Assembly: GCA_013178015.1 (NCBI GenBank) | Contig: JABLXR010000007.1 | Coordinates: 37,682-101,681, forward strand | Reading direction: 5' to 3' | Source of the DNA: Anaerolineae bacterium | GTDB lineage: Bacteria > Chloroflexota > Anaerolineae > DRVO01 | DNA: 64,000 nt | Shown here: positions 27,810 to 37,584 of the stretch, in pieces | Numbering within the stretch: the first letter of the stretch is position 1 | How the letters are laid out: every line of letters starts with the position of its first letter | The notes under the pieces: generated by a model | Told to the model about the DNA's origin: nothing | The model's input: the letters and a program-made list of their open reading frames with translations, nothing else | Databases searched by the model: none | Made by a program: the position numbers and the translations under genes

Positions 27810-29940
27810 CCACGTACTCGGCCCTGGCTCCCTCGAGAATCGCTCGCAGCACCGAAAGCGCTTCGGCATCTCGCATGCCGCCGCGCTTGCTCACCTGCAC
27901 CCAGGAGATCCGTGCCTCGTCTCGAAGCCCTGTGGCTCCAGTCACCCCCACGATGGGAATCCCGGCAAAGGCCTCCTCCTGCCTGATAGCTCGAGCCACC
28001 TCCGCGCCGCTCATCGGCTCCATCACCATATCCAGCAGGACCACGTCTGCCGGAGCTGCCCTGAGCTTCTCTAGAGCCTCCGCCCCCTCGTAGGCCCAGC
28101 GAACGTCGAAATGGGTCTCGGATGACAGCAGCATGCGCCGCACGAGTTGCACGAACCCGCGGTCGTCATCCACCACCAGGACCGAGCCCGACTGCACGAA
28201 GCGACGGAGCACCGAAAGGAGCCGCTCCCGGGTCACCGGCTTCCCCAGGAGGGCGTCGAAGCATTCGTCGGCTCCCATGACCGACGGCGCGGGCAGCGTC
28301 GTTGCGATGATCGGGACCCCCGGCGGGAGCGACTCGGCCAGCCGCTCGGCCTCCGTCGCCACCTGAGGCAGAGGGCCTTCCACAAGGAGGGCTCTGGGGT
28401 GATGCCGGTCCAGCAGTTCCGCCACCGATTCCGGACGCGAGGCCGGGATCACGTCGAATCCATCCAGGTGGCGGGCGAGGAAACCATAAGCCTGCTCATG
28501 GCCGCCGAGGCTGACAGCCAGCACCGGGATGGAGTGGCTGCCCGGCACCGACGCGCTCAGGTGGCCCGCCAGCTTGGACACCTGCTTGCCCTGAAGGGGT
28601 ATGGTGAAGTGGAACTGCGAGCCGGAGCCCATGCGGCTCTCAGCCCAGATCCTGCCACCATGCAGCTGCACGAATCGGCGAGCGATCGCCAGCCCCAACC
28701 CTTTCCCGCCCCGCTCGCCCGGCCCCTGTGCCCGGTAGAACTCCCGGAAGATCAGCTCAAGCTCATGAGCCGGTATCCCCACTCCCGAGTCGGACACGGT
28801 CACCAGCACGTCCTCGTCCCGTGCCACGGCCGAGACCCTCACCGTGCCGGCGTCGGTGAAGCGAATGGCATTGGTCAGCAGGTTTAGCAGCACCTGCCGC
28901 ATGCGAGTGCGGTCCAGATACAGCGGCGGCAGGCCCGGACCCAGGTCGAGCTCGAGAGAGATGGCCTTGCCGTCCACCAGCCTCTCAGCTAGCGACACCG
29001 TCTCCTGTATGATCGCGGCAAGGTCGGACAACTCCCGCTTCACCGGCATGCGCAGCGCGTCTACCCGCGCCAACTCCAGGATGTCATCCACCAGCTCGCT
29101 GATGTAGCAGGCACTCCGCCATATCTCGGCCACGTCCCGGCGTAGCATGGGTGGCCACTCGATGGCGCCGTAGGTGGCAGAGGCTCGGTGCATGATCTCT
29201 GCGAACCCTAGGATAATGTTGAGGGGAGTGCGCAACTCGTGGCTGACGTTGGCGGCGAACTCCTCCTTCAGACGCCGCGCCTCCTCCGCCTCCTGGTGGG
29301 CCACTGCCAACTCGCGGTTGCTTCTCTCGAGGAGCTGGTACGCCACGTGCAGGGCAGCCAGGGCCTTATTCAGCTCCCCTTGCCGGTCGCGCAACTGCTC
29401 CGCCAGGTAGGTGGCCTCGGCGCTCCTCAGCCAAGACCAGTCGAGCACGCTGTCGCGAGGAGACAGAACGGCCCAGACCGCCAGGTAGACCAGCAGCACC
29501 TGGGCCCCGAGCAGCAGGCCCGTCCCCGCCAGATCCGCGACAGCGAGCAGCAATACCAGCACCGTCAGCCCCAGCCCGGCTGGAAGCCCGAGAAGCCCAG
29601 CAGCGGCCATTCCCGGCAGGACCAGCAGGGGCGCCACCGCCTCTCGCGGCAAGAGCGTGGGAGACAGCACAGCCGTGGCTAGGCAGCCTGAGAGCACGAG
29701 AGCCGCGGACACCGTGGGCTTACGTTCGGCCCAGTGCCGCGCGACGAAAAAAGTCGGGATGAGCGCCGACGATAGGGCGACGGACTGGAGGTCGGGCCAG
29801 TCCTCGGCCAAGAGCCCCCACCACCAGAACAGGCAGGCGACCATGAGAATCCCCGCCAGTCCACTCGCCGTCCGCGAGCGGATCTCCCTCTGATTCACCT
29901 CGCGGATCTGCCTAACCTGCAGCCGGCTGTAAGCACCCAT
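27739..29940 (-). CDS. Hybrid sensor histidine kinase, paralog of 14072..16255
   Basis: H-box FAANVSHELRTPLNIILGF. ATP-binding N/G boxes (LLNLLTNAIRFT, DSGVGIP, GKGLGLAI). Pseudo-receiver with Glu at the phospho-site (ALLVEGP), followed by a canonical receiver (LVVDDD…VVLLDMVMEP). Start taken at the ATG 29938-29940 with a GGGGGAG SD; the track's TTG at 30000 has no SD. 71-nt convergent overlap with the regulator. Confidence 0.8.
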   Translation of the reverse strand: MGAYSRLQVRQIREVNQREIRSRTASGLAGILMVACLFWWWGLLAEDWPDLQSVALSSALIPTFFVARHWAERKPTVSAALVLSGCLATAVLSPTLLPREAVAPLLVLPGMAAAGLLGLPAGLGLTVLVLLLAVADLAGTGLLLGAQVLLVYLAVWAVLSPRDSVLDWSWLRSAEATYLAEQLRDRQGELNKALAALHVAYQLLERSNRELAVAHQEAEEARRLKEEFAANVSHELRTPLNIILGFAEIMHRASATYGAIEWPPMLRRDVAEIWRSACYISELVDDILELARVDALRMPVKRELSDLAAIIQETVSLAERLVDGKAISLELDLGPGLPPLYLDRTRMRQVLLNLLTNAIRFTDAGTVRVSAVARDEDVLVTVSDSGVGIPAHELELIFREFYRAQGPGERGGKGLGLAIARRFVQLHGGRIWAESRMGSGSQFHFTIPLQGKQVSKLAGHLSASVPGSHSIPVLAVSLGGHEQAYGFLARHLDGFDVIPASRPESVAELLDRHHPRALLVEGPLPQVATEAERLAESLPPGVPIIATTLPAPSVMGADECFDALLGKPVTRERLLSVLRRFVQSGSVLVVDDDRGFVQLVRRMLLSSETHFDVRWAYEGAEALEKLRAAPADVVLLDMVMEPMSGAEVARAIRQEEAFAGIPIVGVTGATGLRDEARISWVQVSKRGGMRDAEALSVLRAILEGARAEYVVSEPSGSRRTAAGPGTLACASAP

Positions 29941-30145
29941 GAGAGTGACTCCCCCACCACGCGACAACAGATACTCGATATAGGTCACCGAAATGGCCAA
30001 GAGACACCGGAGGCAGGCGCCAGGACCGCAGCCCTGAAGCGGGCACGCCCCAAAGCGGGGACAACTACCGGGGCGTTGCCGCTCGCCCGGTCGGTTCCTT
30101 CCTCAGCTCCAGCCTTCCACGCTGCTCGTCGTACCCAGCCGCATG

Positions 30146-31210
30146 CTACCCCTTCACCCCGGTGACCACCACTCCCTGGATGAAGATGCGCTGGGCGAAG
30201 AAGAACAGCAGTATGCAGGGCAGCACTGTCACCAGAGACGCTGCCATCAGCAAGTCGTAGCGAGTGGCCCGGAAGGCGTTGAAGCTCTGCAGGCCCAGCG
30301 CTATGGTGAAGTTGCGCTGGTGGTGCAAATAGATTAGGGGGCTGAAGAAGTCGTTGTAGGCCCACATGAAGTGAAAGATCGCCAGGGTGGCGATGGCCGG
30401 CTTAGCCAGCGGCAGCAGAATACGAAACAGAATGCCCAGGGTGCCACAACCGTCCATCTTGGCGGCGTCGTCCAGTTCCAGGGGTATGGTCATGAAGTAC
30501 TGCCGCAGCAGGAAGACGTCGTAGGCCCCGGCGAAGAACGACGGCACTATCAGTGGCTTGAGCGTGTCCACCCAACCCAGCTTGCTGAACAGAATGTAGG
30601 TGGGGATCAGCGTCACTTGGCTGGGCAGCATCGTGGTGGAGAGCAGCAGGAGGAAGAGCAACCCCAGCCCGGGGGCGCGAAAGCGAGAGAACCCGTACGC
30701 CACCAGCGATGTCGAGATCAACATCCCAGCCATGGAGCCAAACACCACCTTGGCCGTGTTGATGGCGTAGGTGCCGAAAGGCACCACCGTCATGGCCTCT
30801 ACGTAGTTGTCCCAGCGAAGCCGGACCCGCTCCACCGGCTTGGCCCGGTTCACGTCGGCCTCCACCGTGGCGGACAGGTCATCCGGATCGGCGAACGTCC
30901 CCACCCGCTGCGCCTTCGCCACCATCACCAGGCGGCGCGTCTCCCCGTCCAGCTGAACCTCGTACAGCGGGTAGACCTGGCCCCCGACTTCCAGCTTCAC
31001 CTGCTCGGTCGGGATCCACACCGGCGGGAACAGGTCTATCTGGGCCAGAGGCTTGAGGGAGGAGGAGATCATCCACACCAGGGGAAACACCATGGCCACC
31101 GCGCCCAGGCTCAAGGCGACCAACGCCAGTGCCTGCCCCAGCGCCTCCCCCCGGAGCCGGAGTGTCCTCGTCCGCCCGGCCGCTCTGCCTGCGGTTCTCG
31201 CTACGGCCAT
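30146..31210 (-). CDS. Sugar ABC transporter permease (MalG-like, with a long periplasmic loop)
   Basis: EAA loop ELDDAAKMDGCGTLGILFRILLP. Start at the ATG 31208-31210, forming an ATGA overlap with the upstream permease's stop. Confidence 0.8.
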   Translation of the reverse strand: MAVARTAGRAAGRTRTLRLRGEALGQALALVALSLGAVAMVFPLVWMISSSLKPLAQIDLFPPVWIPTEQVKLEVGGQVYPLYEVQLDGETRRLVMVAKAQRVGTFADPDDLSATVEADVNRAKPVERVRLRWDNYVEAMTVVPFGTYAINTAKVVFGSMAGMLISTSLVAYGFSRFRAPGLGLLFLLLLSTTMLPSQVTLIPTYILFSKLGWVDTLKPLIVPSFFAGAYDVFLLRQYFMTIPLELDDAAKMDGCGTLGILFRILLPLAKPAIATLAIFHFMWAYNDFFSPLIYLHHQRNFTIALGLQSFNAFRATRYDLLMAASLVTVLPCILLFFFAQRIFIQGVVVTGVKG

Positions 31211-32136
31211 CAGGCCCTGCCTCCTCTCAATTGGCCCTCGTAGTAGACCCACGCAGTCGAGCTGCGAAATATGAGAAGGGTGAAGAACAGAATGATGACG
31301 AACAGCACCCAGGCCAGCGCCGCAGCGTATCCCATGCGGAAGTAGCGAAAGGCGTTGTTGTACAGGTGCAGGTTGTAGAACAGGGTGGCGTTGTTAGGCC
31401 CCCCTTGGGTCATGACGTAGGCGTTGGTGAAGTACTGGAAAGTGCCGATCGTCCCCATCACCAGGTTGAAGAACACGACCGGCGAGATCATGGGCAGAGT
31501 GACGTAGCGGAGACGCTGGAGGGCCGTGGCTCCATCCACCTTGGCAGCGTCGTACAGCGCTGTAGGCACCGACTGCAGCGCCGCCAGGTACAGCACCATG
31601 CCCCCACCCGCCCCCCACAGGCTCATGATGGCCAGCGAGGGCAGGGCCCAGTTGGGGTCAGCCAGCCAGCCCGGCCCCTTGATCCCCACAAGCCTGAGGG
31701 CCCAGTTGAGCACACCGAAACGTGGGTTGAGCACGTACTGCCACAAGACGGCCACAGCCACGCCGGAGATAACCGAAGGCAGGTAGTAGATGGCCCGCCA
31801 CACCGACAGCCCCGGCACCTTCAGGTTCAGGAGCAGGGCTACCGCCAACCCCACCGCCAGCCCTGCGGGCAGGGACAGCACCGCATAGGTGAAGGTGACC
31901 CGTAGGGACTGCCAGAAAAGAGGGTCGAAGGTGAAGATGGCGCGGTAGTTGCCCACCCCGCGCCATGACACCGGGCTGACCACGTTGTAGTCCGTGAATG
32001 AAAGGACAAACGAAGCCACCATCGGCCCGGCCGTCCACACCAGGAAGCCGATGACCCAGGGGCTGACCAGGACATAGGCCGAAAGAGCTTCCCGCCGGGC
32101 GGGCGAGGTCCTGCGCCCCCACGCAGTGCTCCTCAC
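31210..32136 (-). CDS. Sugar ABC transporter permease (MalF/UgpA-like)
   Basis: EAA loop LYDAAKVDGATALQRLRYVTLP. GTG start. Confidence 0.8.
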   Translation of the reverse strand: MRSTAWGRRTSPARREALSAYVLVSPWVIGFLVWTAGPMVASFVLSFTDYNVVSPVSWRGVGNYRAIFTFDPLFWQSLRVTFTYAVLSLPAGLAVGLAVALLLNLKVPGLSVWRAIYYLPSVISGVAVAVLWQYVLNPRFGVLNWALRLVGIKGPGWLADPNWALPSLAIMSLWGAGGGMVLYLAALQSVPTALYDAAKVDGATALQRLRYVTLPMISPVVFFNLVMGTIGTFQYFTNAYVMTQGGPNNATLFYNLHLYNNAFRYFRMGYAAALAWVLFVIILFFTLLIFRSSTAWVYYEGQLRGGRA

Positions 32137-32200
32137 TTATGCAACCTCGCCTGTTAGGATAGGCCCCGGAGGCACACCTGCTCCCCCGGGGCCGTCGCGC

Positions 32201-33631
32201 TTAGCCTTGCTCCGCCCAGTAGTCGTCCAGATAGCCCTGGACGGTCGCCTGGACCTCGTCCAGCACGATCTGAGCGTCCTTCTGCTCCCCGGTCAGGATC
32301 CGGTCATAGCCGGCCCAGAACGCGTCCCATACCTCGCCGTACCGGGGTATGTACGACTCATGGTTGGGAACGTCAATATAGTTCAGCGAGTCAAAGAACA
32401 CCTGCAGTTGCAGGTTCGGGAACCTGGCGGCCATCTCTTCCTTGTACCTCTCCTGGAGAGAAGCCCGAGGCGGGAGCGCCCCCCAGGTGAGATCCAGGCG
32501 GAGCATCTGATCCGGCTCCAGCATCCACTTCGCCACCTCCCAGGCCGCGTCGAGGTGGGCGAACTGGTTGCAGATGAGGAAACCGTCTACGTCGCACTGG
32601 GCCAGAGTGATCCCTAGGGGGCTGGCTGGGATCGCTCCCACGTTCCAGTGGAACGGCAGTTCCTCCATCTCCCCCATCCGCCAGGAGTGGCAGTGATCGA
32701 TCCCCAGTTTGCCCGTGTTGAACCCTGGCGCCGATGCCTGAGACTGCTGCGCCGAAGGCATGATGTACCACTTCCAGATGGCGTCACTGGCCCACTGCAG
32801 CCGATCCACCCAGGCAGGAGCATTGAAGTACAGAGTACGGAAGTCTTCGCTCCAGCCCATGTTCTCCGCACCCCAGGCTACGGCCAGTGCGTTGAAACCC
32901 AGGCCGCAGTCGACTTCGTCATAGCCCCATTGGACCTGATCTGCCGGGTCGAAGCCGTCCTCAGTGGCTCGTCTGCCGCTGCCATCCTGGCTGAGCTGTC
33001 TCGCCATTTCCACCAGGGCGTCGTACGTCCAGCCCTCAGCCTCCCACTCCTGGGTAGGATAGTCCACCTCCGCTGCATCGAACAGGTCCTCATTGTAGTA
33101 GAGGACGCTGGGATACACGCCCATAACTATCCCATACATCACGCCCTGGTATTTGCCTATCTCGGGAATGAGATCACCGAAGTCACTGAGGTCGTACTGA
33201 TCGCGCTCCACGTACGGCCCGATGTCCAGGTTAGTGTCGCGGAAGCGGCCTACCTGCTCCACACCCGAAGGCATGTTGATGGCCGGTGGAGTACCCGCGG
33301 CTAGCATGGCGGCCCACTTGGTGCGGCTCTCGTCGTGAGGCACGTACATATGCTCGATCTTGATGTCGGTATGCGACGCGTTCCACTCCGCTGCCAGGCG
33401 GTTCTGCGCCTCCTGCTGCTCGGGTGCCGTTCCCGTGCCCATGCCCACGAATATGGTTACCGTGACCGCCTCACCTGCGGCGGCCGGGGCCTCTGCCGCG
33501 GCCGGGGCAGCCGTCTCCTCCCGGGGGACCGGTGTCCCGGTGGCCCCGGCACAGGCGGCGGCGGCAGTCGCGGCGGCAACCGCGGCAGAGAGCTGCAGAA
33601 CTCGACGGCGAGTCATTCTGGTCCGGTGCAT
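32201..33631 (-). CDS. Extracellular solute-binding lipoprotein of a sugar ABC transporter (twin-arginine signal)
   Basis: MHRTRMTRRRVLQLSAAVAAATAAAAC… with a lipobox. ATG with an AGAGGAGGG SD. Divergent from DegT#1 across a 298-bp region. Confidence 0.8.
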   Translation of the reverse strand: MHRTRMTRRRVLQLSAAVAAATAAAACAGATGTPVPREETAAPAAAEAPAAAGEAVTVTIFVGMGTGTAPEQQEAQNRLAAEWNASHTDIKIEHMYVPHDESRTKWAAMLAAGTPPAINMPSGVEQVGRFRDTNLDIGPYVERDQYDLSDFGDLIPEIGKYQGVMYGIVMGVYPSVLYYNEDLFDAAEVDYPTQEWEAEGWTYDALVEMARQLSQDGSGRRATEDGFDPADQVQWGYDEVDCGLGFNALAVAWGAENMGWSEDFRTLYFNAPAWVDRLQWASDAIWKWYIMPSAQQSQASAPGFNTGKLGIDHCHSWRMGEMEELPFHWNVGAIPASPLGITLAQCDVDGFLICNQFAHLDAAWEVAKWMLEPDQMLRLDLTWGALPPRASLQERYKEEMAARFPNLQLQVFFDSLNYIDVPNHESYIPRYGEVWDAFWAGYDRILTGEQKDAQIVLDEVQATVQGYLDDYWAEQG

Positions 33632-33929
33632 TGCGTCCCTCCTCTTTCCGATCCAAGACCAGGAACCAGCTACGCCCGACCTACGTCAAATCAGCATGCG
33701 GACGGGTACGACCGTCTTCGGCCTCATCACCTCCCTTCGACCAGAGCCCCAGGCACGAACCTCAATACGAGTATGGCGACCCATCAGACGCCTGTCAACG
33801 TCCTTTTCACGCCGCCAGAGGTCAGCTAGTATGGTTGTATCGCGTCGCCAGAGGCCCTTCGTCGCTAGGGCGACATCTGCCTCCCGCCCGGCGCACATGC
33901 ATGACCGCAGCGTGCAGAGGAGTGGTGCC

Positions 33930-35180
33930 ATGAGGAGACTGGCTCTCAACGGCGGAACCCCGGTACGGTCCGCTCCCTTTCCCGAGCGGCCCATCTTCGA
34001 CCAACTGGAGCTGACGGCGTTGGAGGAGGTGCTGACCAGCCGCCGCTGGACCAGCGCCCCCTACATCTTCAAGGGAGACATGTCCCTCTCGCGAACGTAC
34101 CGGCTGGAGCGGGACTACGCCGCCTACCACGATTGCCGTTTCGGCATCGCCACCGGCAGCGGCACCGACGCTCTCCAGATCGCCTACGCCGCCGCTGGCC
34201 TGGGCCCCGGCGATGAGGCCATCATGCCGCCCAACACTTTCATCGCCACGGCCACCCCTGCCCTCCACCTGGGGGCTGTGCCCATCTTTGCCGATGTGGA
34301 TCCCGAGACCCTCTGTCTTGATCCCGATGCCGTGGAAGCCGCCATCACCGACCGTACCCGCCTCATCGTGCCCCTCCACCTCGGGGGCTACCCTGCTGAC
34401 ATGGACCGCATCATGGAGATAGCCCGCCGGCACGACCTGACCGTCGTTGCCGACGCTTGCCACGCCGCGGGCACCGAGTGGCGGGGCCGGAAAGTAGCCG
34501 CCTTCTCGGACCTGAGCGCCTTCAGCTTCCAGCAGGACAAGCAGATCACCGCGGGCGAAGGCGGCATGGTGACCACCAACGACGAGAAGCTTTATGAGCA
34601 GTGCTACGTGCTTCACAACGACGGTCGGGGCCTGGGCGAGCACGGCGGGCACTTCGTGGCTCAGGGCTGGAACTTCCGCATGAGCGAGTTCCAGGCGGCC
34701 CTGCTTCTGGCCCAGCTGTCCCGCCTGGACGACCTGCTGAAGAGGAAGAACCGCAACGCGCGCAGGCTCGGGGCGGGGCTGGCCCAGGTGGGCGGGCTGA
34801 GCTGGCCGCGGGAAGACGAGCGCATCACTGCCCAGAGCTACGTCTACCCTCGCCTGCGCTACCACGCCGAGGCGTTCGATGGCCTGTCCGCCGCCACTTT
34901 CGCCGAGGCCCTTCGCGCGGAGGGCATCCCCTGCGGCGCCGGCTCTGGCTGGACCCTCTACCGGCATCCGCTCTTCACCGAGTCCAGCTTTCGCTTCGAT
35001 ACCTCCCGGCGGGTGGACTACCGCCAGGTGCACTGCCCCAACGCCGAGGACGCTGCCGGCCGCTGGATAGGCTTCCCCCAGGAGGTCATGCTCGCCGATG
35101 AGAGGGCCATAGATGACTTCGTGGAGGCAGTGGCCAAGATCAAGGCCAACCTAGGAGAGCTCGCGGCAGCGCCGGCCTAG
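33930..35180 (+). CDS. DegT/DnrJ/EryC1/StrS-family PLP-dependent (amino-sugar/aminocyclitol) aminotransferase #1
   Basis: MRRLALNGGTPVR…, GSGTDAL, and SFQQDKQITAGEGG with the PLP-lysine. ATG at 33930 with a GAGGAG SD. The upstream 190 codons of the 606-aa track ORF are rejected as read-through. Confidence 0.85.
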   Translation: MRRLALNGGTPVRSAPFPERPIFDQLELTALEEVLTSRRWTSAPYIFKGDMSLSRTYRLERDYAAYHDCRFGIATGSGTDALQIAYAAAGLGPGDEAIMPPNTFIATATPALHLGAVPIFADVDPETLCLDPDAVEAAITDRTRLIVPLHLGGYPADMDRIMEIARRHDLTVVADACHAAGTEWRGRKVAAFSDLSAFSFQQDKQITAGEGGMVTTNDEKLYEQCYVLHNDGRGLGEHGGHFVAQGWNFRMSEFQAALLLAQLSRLDDLLKRKNRNARRLGAGLAQVGGLSWPREDERITAQSYVYPRLRYHAEAFDGLSAATFAEALRAEGIPCGAGSGWTLYRHPLFTESSFRFDTSRRVDYRQVHCPNAEDAAGRWIGFPQEVMLADERAIDDFVEAVAKIKANLGELAAAPA

Positions 35181-35326
35181 CCCTCGACTCGGCGCGATGC
35201 CCACGGCTGAGGCCACCGATGCCCAGGTCCGGCAGCGATCGTCGGGCCCCACATCGCGCTCCGCCCCAGTGGCCGCGGGTGCGCCACAGCAGGCTCGATG
35301 GAGATGAGCACGGGAGGCCAAGCCCC

Positions 35327-36007
35327 ATGAAGGGGGACAAGTTGGCACTCTGGCGACGCTGGGTAGCCGCCAACGCCCTGGGGGAGCTGGTGGGCCTCGG
35401 TGCCACCGGGGCGATCGCTGCCCTAGTCTTCGCTAACCTCGGCGAGCAGAACGACACCTTTGCGATACTGACAGCCTTCGTTCTAGCTGTGGCAAGCGGG
35501 TCGGTTGAGGCCACCGTGCTCGGGCTGGCTCAATGGTGGGCCATGCGTCCCTGGTTCCCGACTCTCGGCCGGCGGTCCTGGTGGCTGGCTACGCTTGCCG
35601 GCGCCCTGATCGCCTACCTCCTCGGCTACTTGCCCAGTACCCTTGGGAGCCTGGGGGAGGAGTCGGCAGAAAGCCCGCTGGCTGAGGCGCCCCAGTGGGT
35701 GGTGCTGGCGCTGGCTGCCGGCCTCGGGATAGTGACGGGAGCCACCCTGTCCCTGGCTCAGTGGCTGGCACTTCGCAGGCACGTCCGGGGCGCAGTCCTG
35801 TGGGTCCCTGCCAATGCCCTCGCCTGGATGATCGGGATGCCCCTCATCTTCTGGGGAATGGACCTGGCCCAGAGAGCTCAGGCCCTTTGGCAGGTCGCTC
35901 TGCTTCTCGCTGCCGTCCTTCTGGCAGCTGGAGCTGTGGTCGGAGCCATCCACGGCGCCTTCCTGGTGCGTCTGGCGGAGGACGGCTGGAGGGCCGGAGG
36001 GAGCTAG
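35327..36007 (+). CDS. Hypothetical polytopic membrane protein
   Basis: About 6 predicted hydrophobic helices. ATG at 35327 with a GGGAGG SD. No recognisable family. Confidence 0.5.
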   Translation: MKGDKLALWRRWVAANALGELVGLGATGAIAALVFANLGEQNDTFAILTAFVLAVASGSVEATVLGLAQWWAMRPWFPTLGRRSWWLATLAGALIAYLLGYLPSTLGSLGEESAESPLAEAPQWVVLALAAGLGIVTGATLSLAQWLALRRHVRGAVLWVPANALAWMIGMPLIFWGMDLAQRAQALWQVALLLAAVLLAAGAVVGAIHGAFLVRLAEDGWRAGGS

Positions 36008-36155
36008 GACACCCGGCCCACCCATTCCGTCCCATGCTCGTCCTCCCCCTCCGGTCCCGGCCGCCTGTGAGCCGCGCCGCATCTTACCCTCGGAAGCGTT
36101 ACATAGCTGGGGCTCGATGCACCTGATGCGTGCGCCCGTCCGTCTGCAATACCCC

Positions 36156-36184
36156 TTGACGTGGGGTCTGAAAGCGAGTATACT
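36156..36184 (+). promoter_or_regulatory. Sigma70-type promoter: TTGACG, 17-nt spacer, TATACT
   Basis: Near-consensus -35 (36156-36161) and -10 (36179-36184) hexamers with a 17-nt spacer, 38-65 nt upstream of the candidate ROK start codons. This is a conspicuous AT-rich signal in a GC-rich background. Confidence 0.5.
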
Positions 36185-36248
36185 CACGCTACCGTTGCTA
36201 ACACAGGAGTTGGGAAGTCCCGTGGCGTCGCGTCACCAGATCCCAGCT

Positions 36249-37403
36249 ATGCACCGGGCGGCGATACTGGCCGCCATCAGGTCAGAAGGCCCGATCTCGC
36301 GAGCCGAGCTAGCCCGGCGGCTGCATCTGAGGCCGTCCTCGGTCACGGAGCAAGTGCGAGAGCTCATGTCAGAGGGTCTGATCTGCGAAGTGGGACAGGG
36401 GGGCTCCGATGGGGGCCGGCCTCCGGTCTTGCTCGACATCGCCCGGGCGGGCAACTACGCCATCGGGATAACCCTGGAGCCCAGGGGCATCGCCGCTGCC
36501 CTAGTGCAGTGGGACGGGACCATTCTCGCCCGCGCTCCGTTGCAGTCCGTGGATGCCGGCAGCTCACCTGAGACTCTGGAGGATGCCGCCATTGCGGTCA
36601 CGGAGGAGGTCCTGGCAGACGCCGCGGTACCCCTCTCCTCCGTGCACACCATAGGGGTGGGCGTCTCCGCCCTGGTGGACACCACCGCGAACGAAGCCAT
36701 CTTCAGCAGCACCTTCTCCGAGCTGGGGCGCTTTCGCTTCGATCGTCTGGCGGAGCACTTCGGCAAGCCCGTCTACTTGGAGGACATCGCCTACCTGATG
36801 GCGCTGGGGGAGCGCTGGTTTGTCTATCCCAAGGACCCGCGCCCGCTGGTCTTCCTCCTCATTAGCAGCGGAACCTGCGGGGCTGTTCTGTCCCCGGCGG
36901 GCACGCCGGAGCTACCCCGATTCGCCGCCGAGTTCGGGCATATGGTCCTGGACGCCGACGGCCCTATCTGCGGTTGTGGCAGGCGCGGGTGCCTAGAAGC
37001 CTTCGTCTCCGAGACCGCCCTCGTGGCCACGGCCAATCGCCTCCTGGGGGCGCCCGGGCACCCGCCTTTGGGGCTGGAGGAGGTAGCGCGCCTGGTTCAC
37101 GAAGGCAATCCGGTGGCCCAGAGTATCCTGTCCACCGCCGCCGAGCACCTCGGCCTGGCGGTAGCCAGCATATCCAGCATCTTCGCTCCGGCCCTCCTCG
37201 TGCTTGGCGGGTCGGTAGTGGAGGCCTGGCGCGACCAGTTGGTGCCCCAGGTGCGCGCACACGCCCGTTCACATTTGCTCGAGTTCCTCCAGGATCGCGT
37301 AGAGATCGTCCCTTCGCAGCTGGGGTCCGACGCCGCCCTGCTGGGGAGCGCGGCCCGGGCTCTGGACGCTGCCTTCGTTGCTCCTCGTCTACTGCCCGTG
37401 TGA
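36249..37403 (+). CDS. ROK-family transcriptional regulator (NagC/Mlc-like: N-terminal HTH plus sugar-kinase-like domain)
   Basis: HTH segment ISRAELARRLHLRPSSVTEQVRELMSEGLI. ROK signature with a zinc motif (…HMVLDADGPICGCGRRGCLEAF…). The start is ambiguous (ATG 36249, or GTG 36222 with AGGAG upstream). Confidence 0.8.
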   Translation: MHRAAILAAIRSEGPISRAELARRLHLRPSSVTEQVRELMSEGLICEVGQGGSDGGRPPVLLDIARAGNYAIGITLEPRGIAAALVQWDGTILARAPLQSVDAGSSPETLEDAAIAVTEEVLADAAVPLSSVHTIGVGVSALVDTTANEAIFSSTFSELGRFRFDRLAEHFGKPVYLEDIAYLMALGERWFVYPKDPRPLVFLLISSGTCGAVLSPAGTPELPRFAAEFGHMVLDADGPICGCGRRGCLEAFVSETALVATANRLLGAPGHPPLGLEEVARLVHEGNPVAQSILSTAAEHLGLAVASISSIFAPALLVLGGSVVEAWRDQLVPQVRAHARSHLLEFLQDRVEIVPSQLGSDAALLGSAARALDAAFVAPRLLPV

Positions 37404-37584
37404 GTCCGGCACCCGACGAGGGTGAGTACCGTGCCGACGATGTGAGCCGGGGTCGCCCAGCACCCCGGGACCTGACGGCCATCGGGCGTCCACGGCACTG
37501 CGCGCGGCCTGCGTCCGCGCTGCTGCGTGGATTCTGTCGCTGATTCGGGAGCCTACGGAAGGCGTCTCCAAGGGAGGTCAGGCA

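Noticed and set aside
33360-33929. 190-codon N-terminal extension of the DegT#1 track ORF
   Set aside because: Ala/Arg-rich read-through across the divergent promoter region and into the antisense of the binding-protein gene. A clean ATG with a GAGGAG SD at 33930 yields a canonical DegT N-terminus.
35483-36187. 234-aa minus-strand ORF overlapping the hypothetical membrane protein and the ROK promoter
   Set aside because: Low-complexity, runs through a strong plus-strand promoter, and has no SD. The plus-strand membrane protein has a good SD-ATG pair.
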